DNA of 5,643 bases, taken from IMG/VR virus record IMGVR_UViG_3300020428_000005, positions 1 through 5,643 of that record; one strand, written 5' to 3'. The position numbers were made by a program, and so were the translations under genes. Below the pieces are notes generated by a model, which was given only the letters and a program-made list of their open reading frames with translations, made no database searches and had not been told where the DNA came from. Of this stretch, positions 5,206 to 5,643 are shown one piece after another. The stretch comes from a virus. The stretch's first letter is position 1; every line of letters starts with the position of its first letter.

Positions 5206-5643
5206 TGTGTTTATATCCTAAATTAATTAAAAATAGGAAATACACAGTAACTAAAAAAAATGGCGGGAATGTACCGGAACTCAACGATATGAGGGCAAAG
5301 TATGTTCCCGTTGGTTGTGGAAAGTGTATGGAATGTAAGCGACAAAAGAGTCGTGAATGGCAAGTAAGATTAGCAGAAGAAATTAAGATAAATAAGAATG
5401 GGAAGTTTGTAACACTAACGTTTAGTGATGAAGAACTACAAAAGCTAGATGATATAATACCGGAAGAATATACAGGGTACGAAAGGGATAACGAAATATG
5501 TAGATTATCAGTAAGAAGATTTTTAGAAAGATGGCGTAAAAAGTATAAAAAATCAATTAGACATTGGTTAGTTAGTGAAATAGGTGGGACAAGGACGGAA
5601 AGAATTCATCTTCATGGGATATTGTGGACAGACGAAGTAGAAG
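5205..5643 (+). CDS. VP4: Replication initiator protein (rolling-circle HUH endonuclease; Microviridae VP4 / phiX protein A homolog), N-terminal part. It continues through the circular junction into 1..600, giving a full protein of 327 aa.
   Basis: The ATG at 5205 overlaps the TAA stop of the upstream gene (TAATG). My manual translation reads MCLYPKLIKNRKYTVTKKNGGNVPELNDMRAKYVPVGCGKCMECKRQKSREWQVRLAEEIKINKNGKFVTLTFSDEEL...RHWLVSEIGGTRTERIHLHGILWTDEVE. It contains a CxxCxxC cluster (Cys codons at 5316, 5325, 5334), RCR motif 1 FVTLTF (5406..5423) and HUH motif 2 HLH (5607..5615). The frame is open to the window end and in phase with 1..600. Confidence 0.93.
   Translation, partial: MCLYPKLIKNRKYTVTKKNGGNVPELNDMRAKYVPVGCGKCMECKRQKSREWQVRLAEEIKINKNGKFVTLTFSDEELQKLDDIIPEEYTGYERDNEICRLSVRRFLERWRKKYKKSIRHWLVSEIGGTRTERIHLHGILWTDEVE
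5589..5643. repeat. Terminal direct repeat, copy 2 (identical to 1..55). The unique circular unit is 1..5588.
   Basis: Same 55-nt string as 1..55. Position 5589 begins a codon in the Rep frame, just as position 1 does. Confidence 0.95.

Noticed and set aside
5260-5262. An ATG preceded by an A-run (aaaaaaaATGgcggg) as an alternative Rep start.
   Set aside because: It is out of frame with the Rep ORF, which reads AAT GGC here. The in-frame ATG at 5205 gives the conserved-looking MCLYPKLIKN N-terminus.
1-5643. Two copies of the HLHGILW-encoding segment, which could suggest a duplicated Rep fragment or biological terminal repeats.
   Set aside because: The copies are exactly identical, sit exactly at the two window ends, and are 55 nt long. 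This is most simply the assembler overlap of a circular contig. Microviridae have no terminal repeats.

Overview
The window appears to be one complete circular ssDNA phage genome of the family Microviridae, linearised inside its replication-initiator gene. The first 55 nt (1..55) are identical to the last 55 nt (5589..5643), so the unique circle is 5588 nt. All convincing genes lie on the + strand, which is AT-rich and purine-rich. In order: (1) The C-terminal part of the rolling-circle Rep (1..600), carrying the HUH motif HLHGILW and a phiX-A-like YIVKYVNK double-tyrosine motif. (2) A 151-aa accessory protein resembling the DUF5675 family, with a His...Gly-Cys signature (692..1147). (3) Two small overlapping ORFs (1183..1383 and 1307..1609). 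(4) A 696-aa major capsid protein (1606..3696). (5) A GC-clamped hairpin in the following intergenic region (3717..3756). (6) A 119-aa conserved small protein (3785..4144). (7) A 329-aa DNA-pilot/minor capsid protein with an N-terminal poly-Asn tract, a Gly-rich segment and a long coiled-coil-like region (4216..5205). (8) The N-terminal part of Rep (5205..5643). The large capsid protein, the Rep N-terminus MCLYPKLIKN and the near absence of Shine-Dalgarno sequences suggest an Alpavirinae-like gut microvirus with a Bacteroidota-type host. I cannot confirm that without searches. The most interesting items are the putative cell-wall-active accessory enzyme, which has no counterpart among canonical microvirus genes, the intergenic hairpin, and an exact 11-nt motif shared upstream of structural genes. 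I saw no tRNA, rRNA, CRISPR array, integrase or IS element.
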